Shown: one piece after another, positions 26,451 to 38,100 of the stretch
Layout: each line of letters begins with the position of its first letter
Numbering within the stretch: the first letter of the stretch is position 1
Assembly: GCA_043228905.1 (NCBI GenBank)
Contig: JBHGNT010000009.1
Coordinates: 3,224,001-3,288,000 of the forward strand
From: Azolla caroliniana
Taxonomy: Eukaryota > Plantae > Polypodiophyta
Direction: 5' to 3'
DNA: 64,000 bases
Program-made: the position numbers and the translations under genes
The notes under the pieces: model-generated
Database searches by the model: none
What the model was told of the DNA's origin: nothing
The model's input: the letters and a program-made list of their open reading frames with translations, nothing else

Positions 26451-27885
26451 TATGTCTCATTCTATTATCTTAATGAGGCTATATATGTTGGTCATACACT
26501 TCGTCCACCAAATGTTTCTTACGTAAGATTTGGTTTTATTGTTAGGGTATGTAAGGCTTCTTCACAGATGCTATACATATGCTGACATAATGTACGCTAC
26601 ACCGGAAATCCCTTCTTTCATTCCCATGGTGCTTACAAAATCTCGACAAAAGTCTTTCTTCATTTTTAACCTCCATCTTATTAGTATAACCAAGCCATTA
26701 TTAATTTCATGCGTTTCGGTACTCCCATTTTTTAACTACCATAACAGGTTTGCAGGGCTTGCCCTCATGAAGCTACATATGTGAGGTGATGGTAGAAGGA
26801 GGGTGTCTGCTAGTGAAGAAAGGAATAACAAAAAATGGAAGAGATTTGGCCCAATGTCTCATCTAACGAGTCACACAAGAACTCATAGGCATTGTACAGA
26901 ACTCATTTCTAACTACCTACCTGTTTGGCTGGTCCTCTCAGGGTGGAAAATAAACATTTTAATTGTTGTTGACCATTTTACATTCATCTTCCTTTCTTAA
27001 GTTAGTTCTTTCTTTCTTTCTTTGATGTTGTACACTCTTGTTCAGCCATTTTGGCCTCTGAAAGACTTGAATGCATCCATCTTTAATCAATCCATACATT
27101 CATGCATCTATTCTTTCATTAAGCATTACGATAAAGATGGAGATATTTATATATTACAACCAGTAAATTAGAGCTAATTAGCAAGATAATGCAAAGAGGA
27201 ACAAAAAGACAAATCTTTTTGTTCTCCTTCTTCGTTTTCTTTTTTCTAGCTAGAAAGTAATATATCATTAAGATCAAAATGGAAGAAACTGATGTTTCGA
27301 GGTTTTCAAGACCTTAACTTGTAGATACATGGGACATTCCATTTCTGAAAGAGGTGCTGGTATAGTTATTTCTCTGCATAGCATAGAAAAGCAAAGTATA
27401 GGCATTCGAAATGGCAATTCGTTGAGAAAGCAGAAGGATCCTTAATCGTCAAAGAAGAATTCTACAGCGCAACCTTCTTTAAACCATTGATCTCCCAATC
27501 AAAATTCTCTTCAACCTTTCGAACCATCCTCAACGGAATCCATTTCTGAAACAAATGATAATATGGCTATTCGTGTTTCACAATAAGCCTCAGAAGATCA
27601 TGCAACGAGGCTTCATCAAGGTTCCTTTGCGATAGCAGTGGGGGGTTCTCGTTCGAACATAGTGATATGAGGGGCGAAGAAGGCGGGCATGATGAAGACG
27701 AGAACGGGCCGGGAAGAGGGAGTGTCGCCATGGCCATATCTCTGCATTTCAAACTTGGTTTCACTGCAAATGCAGAACATGAATTTCTTTTATAATTATG
27801 AGAATGCCACTCTTCTTAACTTTAATGTATTTGCCAAAATGCCCCTCCCTTCTTCTTCTTCTTCTTCTGAAAAAAAAAAGGTACG

Positions 27886-28264
27886 TGTGCGGAAGCTTAA
27901 GAGACAGTCGACTCAGCCGGCACATGGAAGATACATAGAGAATGTGAGTGAAATGCAAGTGAGTGAGTAAGAGAGAGACTGAGTAGAGCAGACAACAATA
28001 AACTTTTATTCAAAATGTTCTTAGTACCGACACATGTGCTCATTAAGCACTTTATATACAAGTCCACTGTTAGGGGGTGACACAAGTACTGACAAGTACT
28101 TGAATGCTCTTTAGTGAGCCTCTAACACTAATTGCCTACAATATTCCTATTGCTAAAACAAGAATATAGGCCTCTAACCGCATGTTGGCTCCCAATCAAT
28201 CGGACTTTCGACTTCTTTAGTCGATCTTTTAGTTGATCCAGCATGTTGAGCTTGTCACTCAACA
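27886..28264 (-). repeat. Copia 3' LTR (~379 bp)
   Basis: TG..CA termini (tgtgcggaagc..cactcaaca on +); PPT adjacent at 28265-28280; homologous to 44043-44372. Left boundary inferred. Confidence 0.7.
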
Positions 28265-30700
28265 CTCCCTCTCAAGCTCAACTTGAGGTTCCCTTTGTCA
28301 GCTCCAACCGGTCCTCCTCGCTGGGTTCTCCTAGCTGCATGCCTTCTGTCCCACCATCCACGACCTATCTTGTCCCACGCTCCTCGACCCATCTAGTAGG
28401 CTTGTGTTAACCTACCAACAACCGACAAACACAATAGGTTGAACGTCTTACTACTCAAATCGTTCTATCAAGATGATTGTGGTTGGAGAGATGGGATATG
28501 CCGACACTCACTCAAAACTTGCTATAAAACGATAGTCACTCATAACCTACTCACTGAGAACTAGAACATATGATCCTAATCGATTGCTAGTTAAAACATA
28601 ATTTGTGCAATAGAGAAAACTTCGAACATTCGACACAGTACACAAGTATACTCGGCAAAAATAACAATTAAAATCTATCTTTTCATATTGTCGACTCTGA
28701 CTTGTCGACCTTTATCCTTCGAGTAGCCGACCGACTAACAGCTTGTCTGCTCCTTAGGCCTTCGTCGGTCTTCTTCCCATGCTTTCAACTCTGGTGCCCT
28801 TCGATCTGTAGTCTTCTCCGACTCAGCATCCTCTTTGGTTGCCCTCTCGCTCGATCAACATTCTCTTGATTCGGCTCATCCGAATCGGTTGTCTTCAATT
28901 CGTCTTCTCCTTCAGCTCTCCCCTTACCTTCGGTTGCCTCCGGCTTTGGCTTGTCCGATTCGTTGCTCCCTTTCTCGGTTGGTCTACCCTTAGCCGATTT
29001 TCTTCATTCATTTCTCCCCTCATCAGCTTCCGTTCTCCCCTCATCAACTCTCCCCCTCAGAGTAGTCAAGCACGTCAAGATCCTACAAGCCTAGCATCTC
29101 TGAGAAGTGCCATAACTTGTCAGGTATGAGGGGCTTGCTGAAGATGTTGGCCACCTGTCAATCGGTTAGAATGTATTTTAGTTCGACTTCACCATTGAGA
29201 ACGCACTCGAGTACGAAGTGGTAACGCACTTCTATGTGTTTGGGCTGCACGTGGAAGACGGGGTTCTTTCCGAGTTGGATGCTACTAAGGTTGTCGCAGT
29301 AGATCGTCGTTGAATCGGCAACCTCCTCCCACAAATCCCTCAATAGCCGCTTGAGCCATATGGTCTCACACATAACGACACCCGCTCCACGATATTCGTC
29401 CTCAATGCTCAAGAGTACTATTGTCGATTGCTTCTTGTTTCACCACTCGATTGTCGCACTCCCCAAGGAGAAGGCATATCTCGATGTCAACTAGCGATCG
29501 TTGGTATTTGTGGCCCAATCGGCATTTGTATAGTCGACTAACCGTTTGGTTATGCCTGTCCAATACAACAACCCATGATCCTTCATGCCGCTAATATACC
29601 TTAGTATGCACTGATGGTGTTCGACCGTCGGCTTCGACATAAATTGACTGATCAGTCCGACTGGATAGCTAAGGTGTGGTTGGGTGATAGTCAAGTAAAT
29701 GAGGCTTCCGACAATTTTCCAGAACCTTGTTGTGTCGCAAGCCGGTACCGAATTGTGACGAAGCTTGACATACTATCCAGAGGAGTTGAGACAAATCGGC
29801 AGTTTTTCATGCCGAATTTGAACATATTCAACACATAATGTCTTTGGCTCACCAATATGTCATCAAGGGTGTGGATCCCTTCAATCCCGATGAAGTAATA
29901 AATGTCCCCTAGATCTTTCATTTCAAAGGTTGCCGACAATTGAGACTTGAGCGGCCAATTTCTTCAAGGTCAGTGGCAGCGACGACCAAGTCATCCACAT
30001 AAAGCAATATGCACATTGCCTCGTTTTGACATTGTTGAATGCACAAGGAGGAGTCTGACATTGACAACGCAAACCCCATCTTACACAGACTCTATGTAAT
30101 CTTTGTGTTCCACACATGGGGGGTTTGCCTAAGGACGTAAAGTCACTTCTTTAGCCAGCATACGATTGACTTGTTCATGTTAGACTGAAATCGAGGGAAC
30201 TAAACCATATAAACCTATTATTCAATGTCTCCTTGGAAGAACGTGTTCTTTACATCCATTTGATGTAAATTCCACCCCTTTGTTGCCACAACGGATAGCA
30301 CCACATGCACCATAGTCATCTTAGCTATCGGCCCGAAGGTTTCGTCATAGTCGATACCATGTGTTTGTGCATAGCCCTTGGTCACCAATTACGCTTTGTA
30401 CTTGTTCAAAATGCCATTGGCATTGTATTTCACCGTGAATACACATATGCATCCAATCGACTCGACTCTTGTCGAGGGGTCAACCAAGTCCCATGTCTCA
30501 TTTTTTGCTAATGCTTGCAGCTCTTCCTCCATTGTTGATTTCCATTTGGCCTCTGTGTAGCTCTCTAACTCGCAGACTTTGGCCACTTTATAACCATGTA
30601 CGCATAATGTTGCGACATGTATTCGTTGTATCTGTATCGAATCGTAGTGTTCTTGTGGTGAGTTGATCAATGTAACTTCTCGTTCGCCAATTTTAAGGCC

Positions 30701-30705
<5 letters not shown>
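27886..30705 (-). mobile_element. Truncated, degraded Ty1/copia LTR retrotransposon (RT-RNase H, PPT, 3' LTR)
   Basis: WKSTMEEELQALAKNETWDLV, FEMKDLG, TQPHLSYPVGLISQFM, IYCDNLSSIQLGKNPVFH..KHIEVRYHF; PPT ttgagagggag abuts tgttga at 28264; cut off at (CT)n 30706. Confidence 0.88.

Positions 30706-30752
<47 letters not shown>
30706..30752. repeat. (CT)n microsatellite
   Basis: Perfect TC run at the Copia truncation point. Confidence 0.95.
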
Positions 30753-30755
<3 letters not shown>

Positions 30756-31127
30756 TGTATCGTTCCAATTTTATCAGATGTCCCCGAAGGGACTCTCTCT
30801 CTCTTTTCTTTTCTTTTTCGTAAATGTATGTTTATATTAAAACAACATGAAAATACAAAAAAACCTTGCTATCAAAACTACATCAAAGGTAGCGATGTGG
30901 CAAGGACAACCTTCTAAGGTGTTGCAATACAAAGCGACACAAATGTAACTCGTTTGGGGACAAAGTTCCCATACAACATAATTGTGAAAATTGCCAAATC
31001 AACTTTCCTTTTATCCTACATATCTGTTGAGATACTCCAGAAAGCCCATCAAATAAGAAACCATTCCACAAGTTCCAAATATACCACATGCCCAAGTACC
31101 GCAAATAATCAAACACAATCTTATACT

Positions 31128-31947
31128 TGACGGGAACCTAACGTTCCTTATGCACGACGCTCAGCCACAACCGAGCGTAGAATGATACACAGAAAACGGG
31201 AAGAAACACACGACACAAAGGAGAGGAAGATATACACACACTACACAAGAGGTTTACGTGGAAAACCCCAAACTAGGGGAAAAAACCACGGCAGTCCACA
31301 GGCTGCAAACTGTCACTATGTAAGGATGTACAAAACAATGAGTCCACGGAGGCAATGACCTCGTGCTCACGATCTTCGCCACAGGCGGCGGTTACAACAG
31401 AGGCAACGACCTCGTTCTCTCTCTCTCTTTCTCTCTCTGTACAGTTACACACACTGATTTCGTGCAAGACAGAAATTGACAACAACTACAAACTATTAGT
31501 TTGCCCTAAGTCATATTTATACTAATATGACTTTCCGGCTATTTACAAATATAGCCACAATGGGCTCTCATAAACATATTTACGAATATGTCTCTTCCTC
31601 CGGTTCATACCGGGTCTGCACCATCCGGCTCTCCGTAACCGGGTACTCCTCATCCGGTTAATACCGGGCCTGCACCATCCGGCTCTCCGGGACCGGATAC
31701 TCCTCATCCGGTTCATACCGGGCCTGCACCATCCGGCTCTCCGTAACCGGGTACTCCTCATCCGGTTAATACCGGGCCTGCATCATCCGGCTCTCCGGAA
31801 CCGGGTACTCCTCATCCGGTTCATACCGGGCCTGCACCATCTGGCTCTCCGTAGCCGGGTACTCCTCATACCGTTTCGGCCTCGGCCGAGTTTGTTCGTC
31901 GGCACTGTTCTTCTCCCTTCCCATCTGGAGGGACCTGTCTCCCAACA
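31128..31947 (-). mobile_element. Solo LTR (820 bp), probably Copia-type
   Basis: TG..CA termini; 5-bp TSD ATACT at 31123-31127 and 31948-31952; ttacgtggaaaaccc..ggaaaaaaccacgg motif of plant copia LTRs; TATAAATA on - strand at 31514-31521. Confidence 0.88.
31600..31869. repeat. 5 x 54-bp CCGG-rich tandem repeat inside the solo LTR
   Basis: Units start at 31600, 31654, 31708, 31762 and 31816. Confidence 0.95.
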
Positions 31948-33468
31948 ATACTCTGGGGATGGTAAAACTCTATCACCTTCAATGAAAACCCATTGAAAAT
32001 GTGACAAAACATTTCCAGTTAATGACCCCCACAATTGTGATATACCTATCCATATACTTTTAGTAACAGGGCAAGATATAAACCTGTGTCAAGAATCTTC
32101 ATCAGTCGTCGTACAAAAGACACATGTACCACTACCAATGTGTCTTCATTTTAAAGCCCTAGCCAAAGGTAACCCACCAACCATAACACGCCAAAGAAAC
32201 ACCTTTGCATGGAAAGGAAGATGAGACTTCCATCCTGCATCTAAAACTCTAGCACACCATTCACTTCCACGGATAATGTGTCATGTATCCAAAACCTTGC
32301 TCTATACCCAAACTCTATCCTTAACCATCTTATGATAAACGTCATTTGTGTTCACTGCAAATAATGATTTCTTGTTATAAAAAAACCAATCTCTCCACGG
32401 TTCCACCACCACCAACTGTGGAATCGGTGATTATAAAATACGCAATTGTACTATTGTTTGCCAAATCTGACCATATCCAGGAGGTATATGAAATCTACTT
32501 CTCACAGTTCGAAAAGCCATCATCTGCCGCTGTGACTCTAAAATACCATCCTCCACAGTTACCAAACCTAGTTTTGCCATTCTATTAAACTTTGACTTTA
32601 AATTGTCTCTTCCATCCCATTGTAATAATCTTGAAGATGTTATCACCTCTGTTGGCAAAGAGTTGCAATCTTTTCTACAATCAGTTGGTTTCCAATTGAA
32701 CAACTTCAAACTTTTTTGCCAAGAGACCACTAAATGTTGAACAATAGTAGATGGTGAACATCTAAATGATCGAGTGCTATTAATAACATGCCACCATGAA
32801 GTTCTAATTTTTGTTTTGCCATGTTGTATCCCCACTTTCTCCACAAAATAACAAATTATCTCTACCCATGGTTGAGAACCTGAACACATCTCTTTTAAGA
32901 GACTAAACCTTCGAGCAACCATATGATCTTCCAAATTGAGTAAACCGGCTCCTCCTAAATGTTTCGGGGTACATATATGAAGCCATGAAACCCAATTGAT
33001 ACCAATGTTGGACTCTTTCTTCCATAACGTATACCTAAGAGCACGAGCCAAGTGATCAAGTGATTTCTTTGTCCAAGGTAACAAAGGCAAAAAATATGAA
33101 ATCATCGGAATCAGAATTGCTTGCACCACTTTGAGATGAGTAGCAAACGGCCAAGCTTGGGACTTCCAATATATAAATTTATCTGCTATGGTCCCAGAAA
33201 TCCAAGTTAGGCTTTGATTTGGTGAAATATCCACACCAATCGGGTAGCCCAAATGCCGACAAATCTTCCCTTTATCTAATATTCGGCCACTCCAACCAAG
33301 ATTAACAAAATCTTGTTCAATGCATCTAATCAACAATGACTTGTGCATATTAATATGTAAACATGATGCTAAGACAAACACCTTCCACACCTGCATGGCT
33401 AAATTGGCTATGTTACTGGGATGTGCCTTGAGAAACAAAAAAGAATCATCTGCCAATGCTTGAGCTAT

Positions 33469-33899
33469 TGTCATGGCAAGACTCGAACCCATGACTTTAT
33501 GCTACATGGGTCGAGCTCTTACCATTAGATTAGGAATTGTATTTTGTAGGATATTATTTTCATTTATACTTTATCATAGAAAATTGATGTATATTCCAGA
33601 TCTCTCTGGAACATTCTAGAAGCTTCAAGATTATTCCTAAAAACACTATAAAAGGAGGCACAAGGCATTGTTTTGAACCAAATTGGTTCAACGCCAGTCT
33701 TAAGCCTTTTAGCCGCTTGTACTTATCTTTTCACATAATATATAGCTGCTGTCATCATCTCTCTCATTCTCGCTATCTCTCTCTCTCTCCTCTTCTCACT
33801 TCCTCTCTCGGGAATCTTACGCAGTCCCGTCCTCTTAGTACTAATAGTACTGCTGTTCTTAGTACTAATTCCATCTCTGTTTTAGTACTATTCCTGACA
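33469..33899 (+). repeat. 5' LTR
   Basis: tgtcatggcaag..ttcctgaca; TATAAAA at 33647-33653; no difference from the 3' LTR found by eye. Confidence 0.97.
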
Positions 33900-33901
33900 G
33901 T

Positions 33902-33913
33902 TTGAACCAATTT
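33902..33913 (+). promoter_or_regulatory. Non-tRNA primer-binding site (putative self-priming PBS)
   Basis: TTGAACCAATTT lies 2 nt after the LTR end and is the exact reverse complement of AAATTGGTTCAA (33680-33691); no TGG-type tRNA PBS present. Confidence 0.75.
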
Positions 33914-33968
33914 TCCCCTCTAGCCTACTTGTCACTCTCCCTCATCCTCCTACCCTTTTCCCTATACC

Positions 33969-35126
33969 ATGGCTACTGTTAGCGCCCAAGAATACCAATC
34001 CGTTTTCTCTGAGCTACAGTGCCTAAAAGAAAAGTTTGTTGCCCTGGAACAAGAAAACCAACGGCTGATAGGGGATCTGCAACAAATCGCTCTAGAAAAA
34101 CAACAAACGCAACAACAACATGGGGAGTTAGCGTTACGGGTACAACAACTCGAAGCAGCGTTGCAACAACAAGGATCCAGTCCCCAAGGATTTCATAAAG
34201 AGCCCAAGATTGGACTTCCTGTGAAATTTGATGGAACGCGTTCGCAATTCCGGGGATTCCTTAATCAGGTACGCTTAGTCATCCAGATGCATCCTTCCCG
34301 ATATCCCACTGATGCATCTCGAGTCGGCCTAATAGGCACGCTACTTAGCGGCTCAGCCTTGGCATGGTTTGCTCCGCTTCTAGAAAAACAATCACCCTTA
34401 CTTAATAACTTTGAAGATTTTATTGGTGAGTTTAAAGCCTGCTTTGGAGACACCGACAGCATCAGGACGGCGATCAACAAGATTCGGCGATTGCGTCAAG
34501 GCGATCGTCCAGCCTCTGCCTACGCGGCGGATTTCCGCCTACTTGCTGCAGATATACCTTGGGATGATCAAGCACTAATGGAGCAGTTTCGCTATGGCTT
34601 GCGAAACGATGTCAAAGATCTACTTCTAACTTTCCCCGAAGAACCAAAGTCTCTTACGGAGGCAATCAGTCGAGCAGTTCGATGTGACAACCGCCTTTTT
34701 GAACGGCGTTCAGAACGTCAATTACAGATACCACGCTCGAGGCCAGAGCCCACTTACGCCGCAGTCGCGGCTAAACCGTTTGCACGAGACACACCTCAAG
34801 CAAATACTTCGACACCGATGGAGATCGATACCATGCGTCGACGCGGCCCGTTATCGGAAGAAGAAAAGCAACGACGACGTGCCAATCGATTATGTCTTTA
34901 TTGCGGTGGACCAGGACATATCGCCATCAATTGTCCCCATAGGCCAAGAAGACAGGTAAATCAAATCGTCGCCTGTACTAAACCCGAGTCAATTCTTCCC
35001 TTTGGAGTGTCTGATAGTATTAATAATACTAATAGAGTGTCAGATAGTATTCATAGTACTAATAGCCCAAGTATCTCAAATAAATTTGAAATCCTTAGTC
35101 AATTAGATGAAGAGTTAAACGATTGA
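33969..35126 (+). CDS. gag: Gag (coiled-coil N-terminus, retrotransposon capsid, CCHC zinc knuckle)
   Basis: 385-aa ORF; PVKFDGTRSQFRGFL, LRQG..ASAYAADF, FRYGL, PMEID, CLYCGGPGHIAINC. Confidence 0.95.
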   Translation: MATVSAQEYQSVFSELQCLKEKFVALEQENQRLIGDLQQIALEKQQTQQQHGELALRVQQLEAALQQQGSSPQGFHKEPKIGLPVKFDGTRSQFRGFLNQVRLVIQMHPSRYPTDASRVGLIGTLLSGSALAWFAPLLEKQSPLLNNFEDFIGEFKACFGDTDSIRTAINKIRRLRQGDRPASAYAADFRLLAADIPWDDQALMEQFRYGLRNDVKDLLLTFPEEPKSLTEAISRAVRCDNRLFERRSERQLQIPRSRPEPTYAAVAAKPFARDTPQANTSTPMEIDTMRRRGPLSEEEKQRRRANRLCLYCGGPGHIAINCPHRPRRQVNQIVACTKPESILPFGVSDSINNTNRVSDSIHSTNSPSISNKFEILSQLDEELND

Positions 35127-38100
35127 GTCCAGCCAAAATAGGAGCCATTTGGTTGGACAGCAGCCCTAGATCTGTACAGCCCATTAGTGGTTCCATTCCT
35201 TCCAAGCAAGTTAGCAATGTGTTCCTAGCCCAAGTCATTGTTAGTACTAAAAGTACTCCCCCAGTACCCGTCCTAGCACTTTTAGATTCCGGAGCTAATT
35301 CCTGTTTCATGGATCGAAATTTTGCCCAAGCTTCTCAGATATCCTTAAGAAAACTTCCTTGTCCCGCATCTGTAGTGGTCATTGATGGTCGTCCCATTGC
35401 TTCCGGGAATATTGTAGAAGAATCAGAACCCATTCAAGTTGTCCTAGGTAGTTTTGTGTGTATAATATCATTTAATATAATTAGTAGTCCAGAGCATCCC
35501 ATTGTCCTAGGATTACCTTGGCTTGAATTACATAATCCAGCCATAGATTGGAGAACAAGAGAAGTCCGATATCGACCACCCCAAGAATCAACTCACCGAG
35601 TTTCGACCATTTCACTCCATCAACTACGCGAAGAAGGACCCAAGGAGGCAATGTTCCTATTTGCCATATCAGTACATCCTTCTAGCACTATTAAGAAGGA
35701 CTCCTCAATACAACTTCCGGCAAAATATCATCCTTATGCCGATGTATTTGACAAGGTAAAAGCCGGTACCCTTCCTCATCACCGTCCCTATGACTGTCCC
35801 ATCGATTTACAACCAGGAACTGAGCCACCATGGGGACCAATTTACAACTTGTCACCCACCGAGTTAGAAGTCCTTCGAGCCTACATAGAGGAGAACTTGG
35901 CAAGCGGGTTCATCCGTCATTCGAAATCTCCGGCCGGTGCACCCATCTTCTTTGTCAAGAAGAAAGATGGCTCACTTCGTCTTGTCGTTGATTACCGCGG
36001 ATTGAATAAAGTCACCATCCGGAATAGGTATGCACTTCCTCTTATATCAAGTCTTTTAGAGCGAGTTAATGGTGCCAAGTTTTTTACTAAAATCGACCTA
36101 CGAGGAGCGTATAATCTGGTGCGGATCCGACCGGGAGATGAGTGGAAGACCGCTTTTCGCACGCGGTATGGGCATTTCGAGTATACTGTTATGCCGTTTG
36201 GCCTAACCAATGCACCCGCAGTCTTCCAACACATGGCAAATGATATATTCAGAGACCTCTTGGATATCTGTTTGATCATTTATCTGGATGATCTGTTGAT
36301 TTATTCGAAGACCCAGGAAGAGCACGATTCTCATGTACTATTAGTACTAAAGCGACTCCGCGAGAATGGTCTTTATGCCAAGCTAGAGAAATGTAGCTTT
36401 GACTGCAAGCAAGTGGAATTTCTAGGCTACGTCATCTCCTCAAAGGGCATCGCCATGGATCCAGCTAAAATCCAAACTATACTAGAGTGGCAAATTCCAC
36501 GGTCGGTACGAGATGTACAATGTTTTCTAGGCTTTGCTAACTTCTACCGTAAGTTTATACAGGATTACTCGAAGATTATTTTACCTCTCACACAACTTAC
36601 GAAGAAGGGCCAAGCATTTCTTTGGTCCATCGAAGCAGATATGGCTTTTCGGCATCTTAAGAAAGCCTTTACATCAGCACCGATTCTAGCTCATGTGGAT
36701 ACAAGCAAACCATTCATCATGGAGGCCGACGCATCAGATTTCGCCCTCGGTAGCATCCTTTCTCAACAAGGCGATAAAGAAGAGTTGCATCCGGTGGCTT
36801 TCCATTCGCGCAAATTCAATGTCGCAGAAATCAACTACGAAATCCATGACAAGGAGTTATTAGCCATCGTGGATTCATTTGTACAATGGCGGCATTTCTT
36901 GGAGGGCTCTCCACATCAGGTCATTGTCTTTAGCGATCATAAAAATCTTGCTTATTTTCAGAATGCTCGCGTACTAAATCGACGGCAAGCTCGGTGGGCG
37001 CAATTCCTCACGCGTTTCAACTTCGAAATCACATATCGACCGGGGAAGCAGCAAGGAAAAGCAGATGCACTATCACGGCGTTCATATCTTGCACCTCGTC
37101 CTGGTGACGCAACATTTGATAATCAAAAGCAAGTAATCTTGGGACCAACACGATTGCACACGACGCGGATTTTTCACACCCCGATGGATTCACGGATTAC
37201 CGATGACATACGTGCAACCTTGAAGACGGATAGTTTTGCTCAAGACATCCTGGCGCACATTGATACTTCTCGGGCATCCTGTTCTCAGTCTCAACAACCA
37301 GGTATTGACTACCGACAATTCGAATATCATGATGGTTTGTTATTCTTTAAAAAGCGCGTATATGTCCCCGATTGCTCCTGTCGCCTTCAAATCGTCCAAC
37401 ATTGTCACGACACCCATACGGCGGGACATTTCGGTAGTACCAAGACGTTGGAGTTAGTGCAGCGATCTTTTTGGTGGCCCCACATGCGCCGTTTTGTCGA
37501 CGACTACGTTCGGACCTGTGATGCTTGCTGCCGAGCAAAGATGCCACGACACCATCCATATGGCTTGTTGGAACCTTTACCAATTCCAAGTAAGCCATGG
37601 CAGTCTATTTGTCTTGATTTTATTACAGATCTGCCGGTCTCGAAGGGGTTCGATGCTATCCTAACCGTCGTCGATCGATATACGAAGATGGCACATTTTG
37701 TGCCATGTACTAAAGCCATCACTAGCGAGGAAACCGCCGCTCTTGTTATGCGTGAGGTATTTCGGCATCATGGCCTACCAGACAGTATTATCAGTGACCG
37801 AGGCCCGCAATTTGTCTCCAAATTTTGGCAGCATCTCTTCAGGATGCTCAAGGTCTCCTGCAACCTCTCCTCCGGCTACCATCCTCAAACTGACGGACAG
37901 GCGGAACGAACAAACCAAACGTTGGAGCAATATCTCCGGTGTTTCCTGAGTTATCAACAGGACGATTGGGCCGAGATTCTCCACTTTGCGGAGTTTGCGT
38001 ATAATAATGCTATTCATTCCTCGACTCGGGTCTCCCCATTTCTCGCTTATACCGGTTTCCATCCTCGCTGGTCGGTGATCGACACTCCGGAGCTACCTAC

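Noticed and set aside
27290-27764. Minus-strand 65-aa ORF (MAMATLPLPGP..) with downstream LFQKW pieces
   Set aside because: Could be a gene fragment, but stops intervene and no family is recognisable
31600-31869. Regular repeat resembling a CRISPR array or a repeat protein ORF
   Set aside because: Head-to-tail units with no unique spacers, eukaryotic context, inside an LTR
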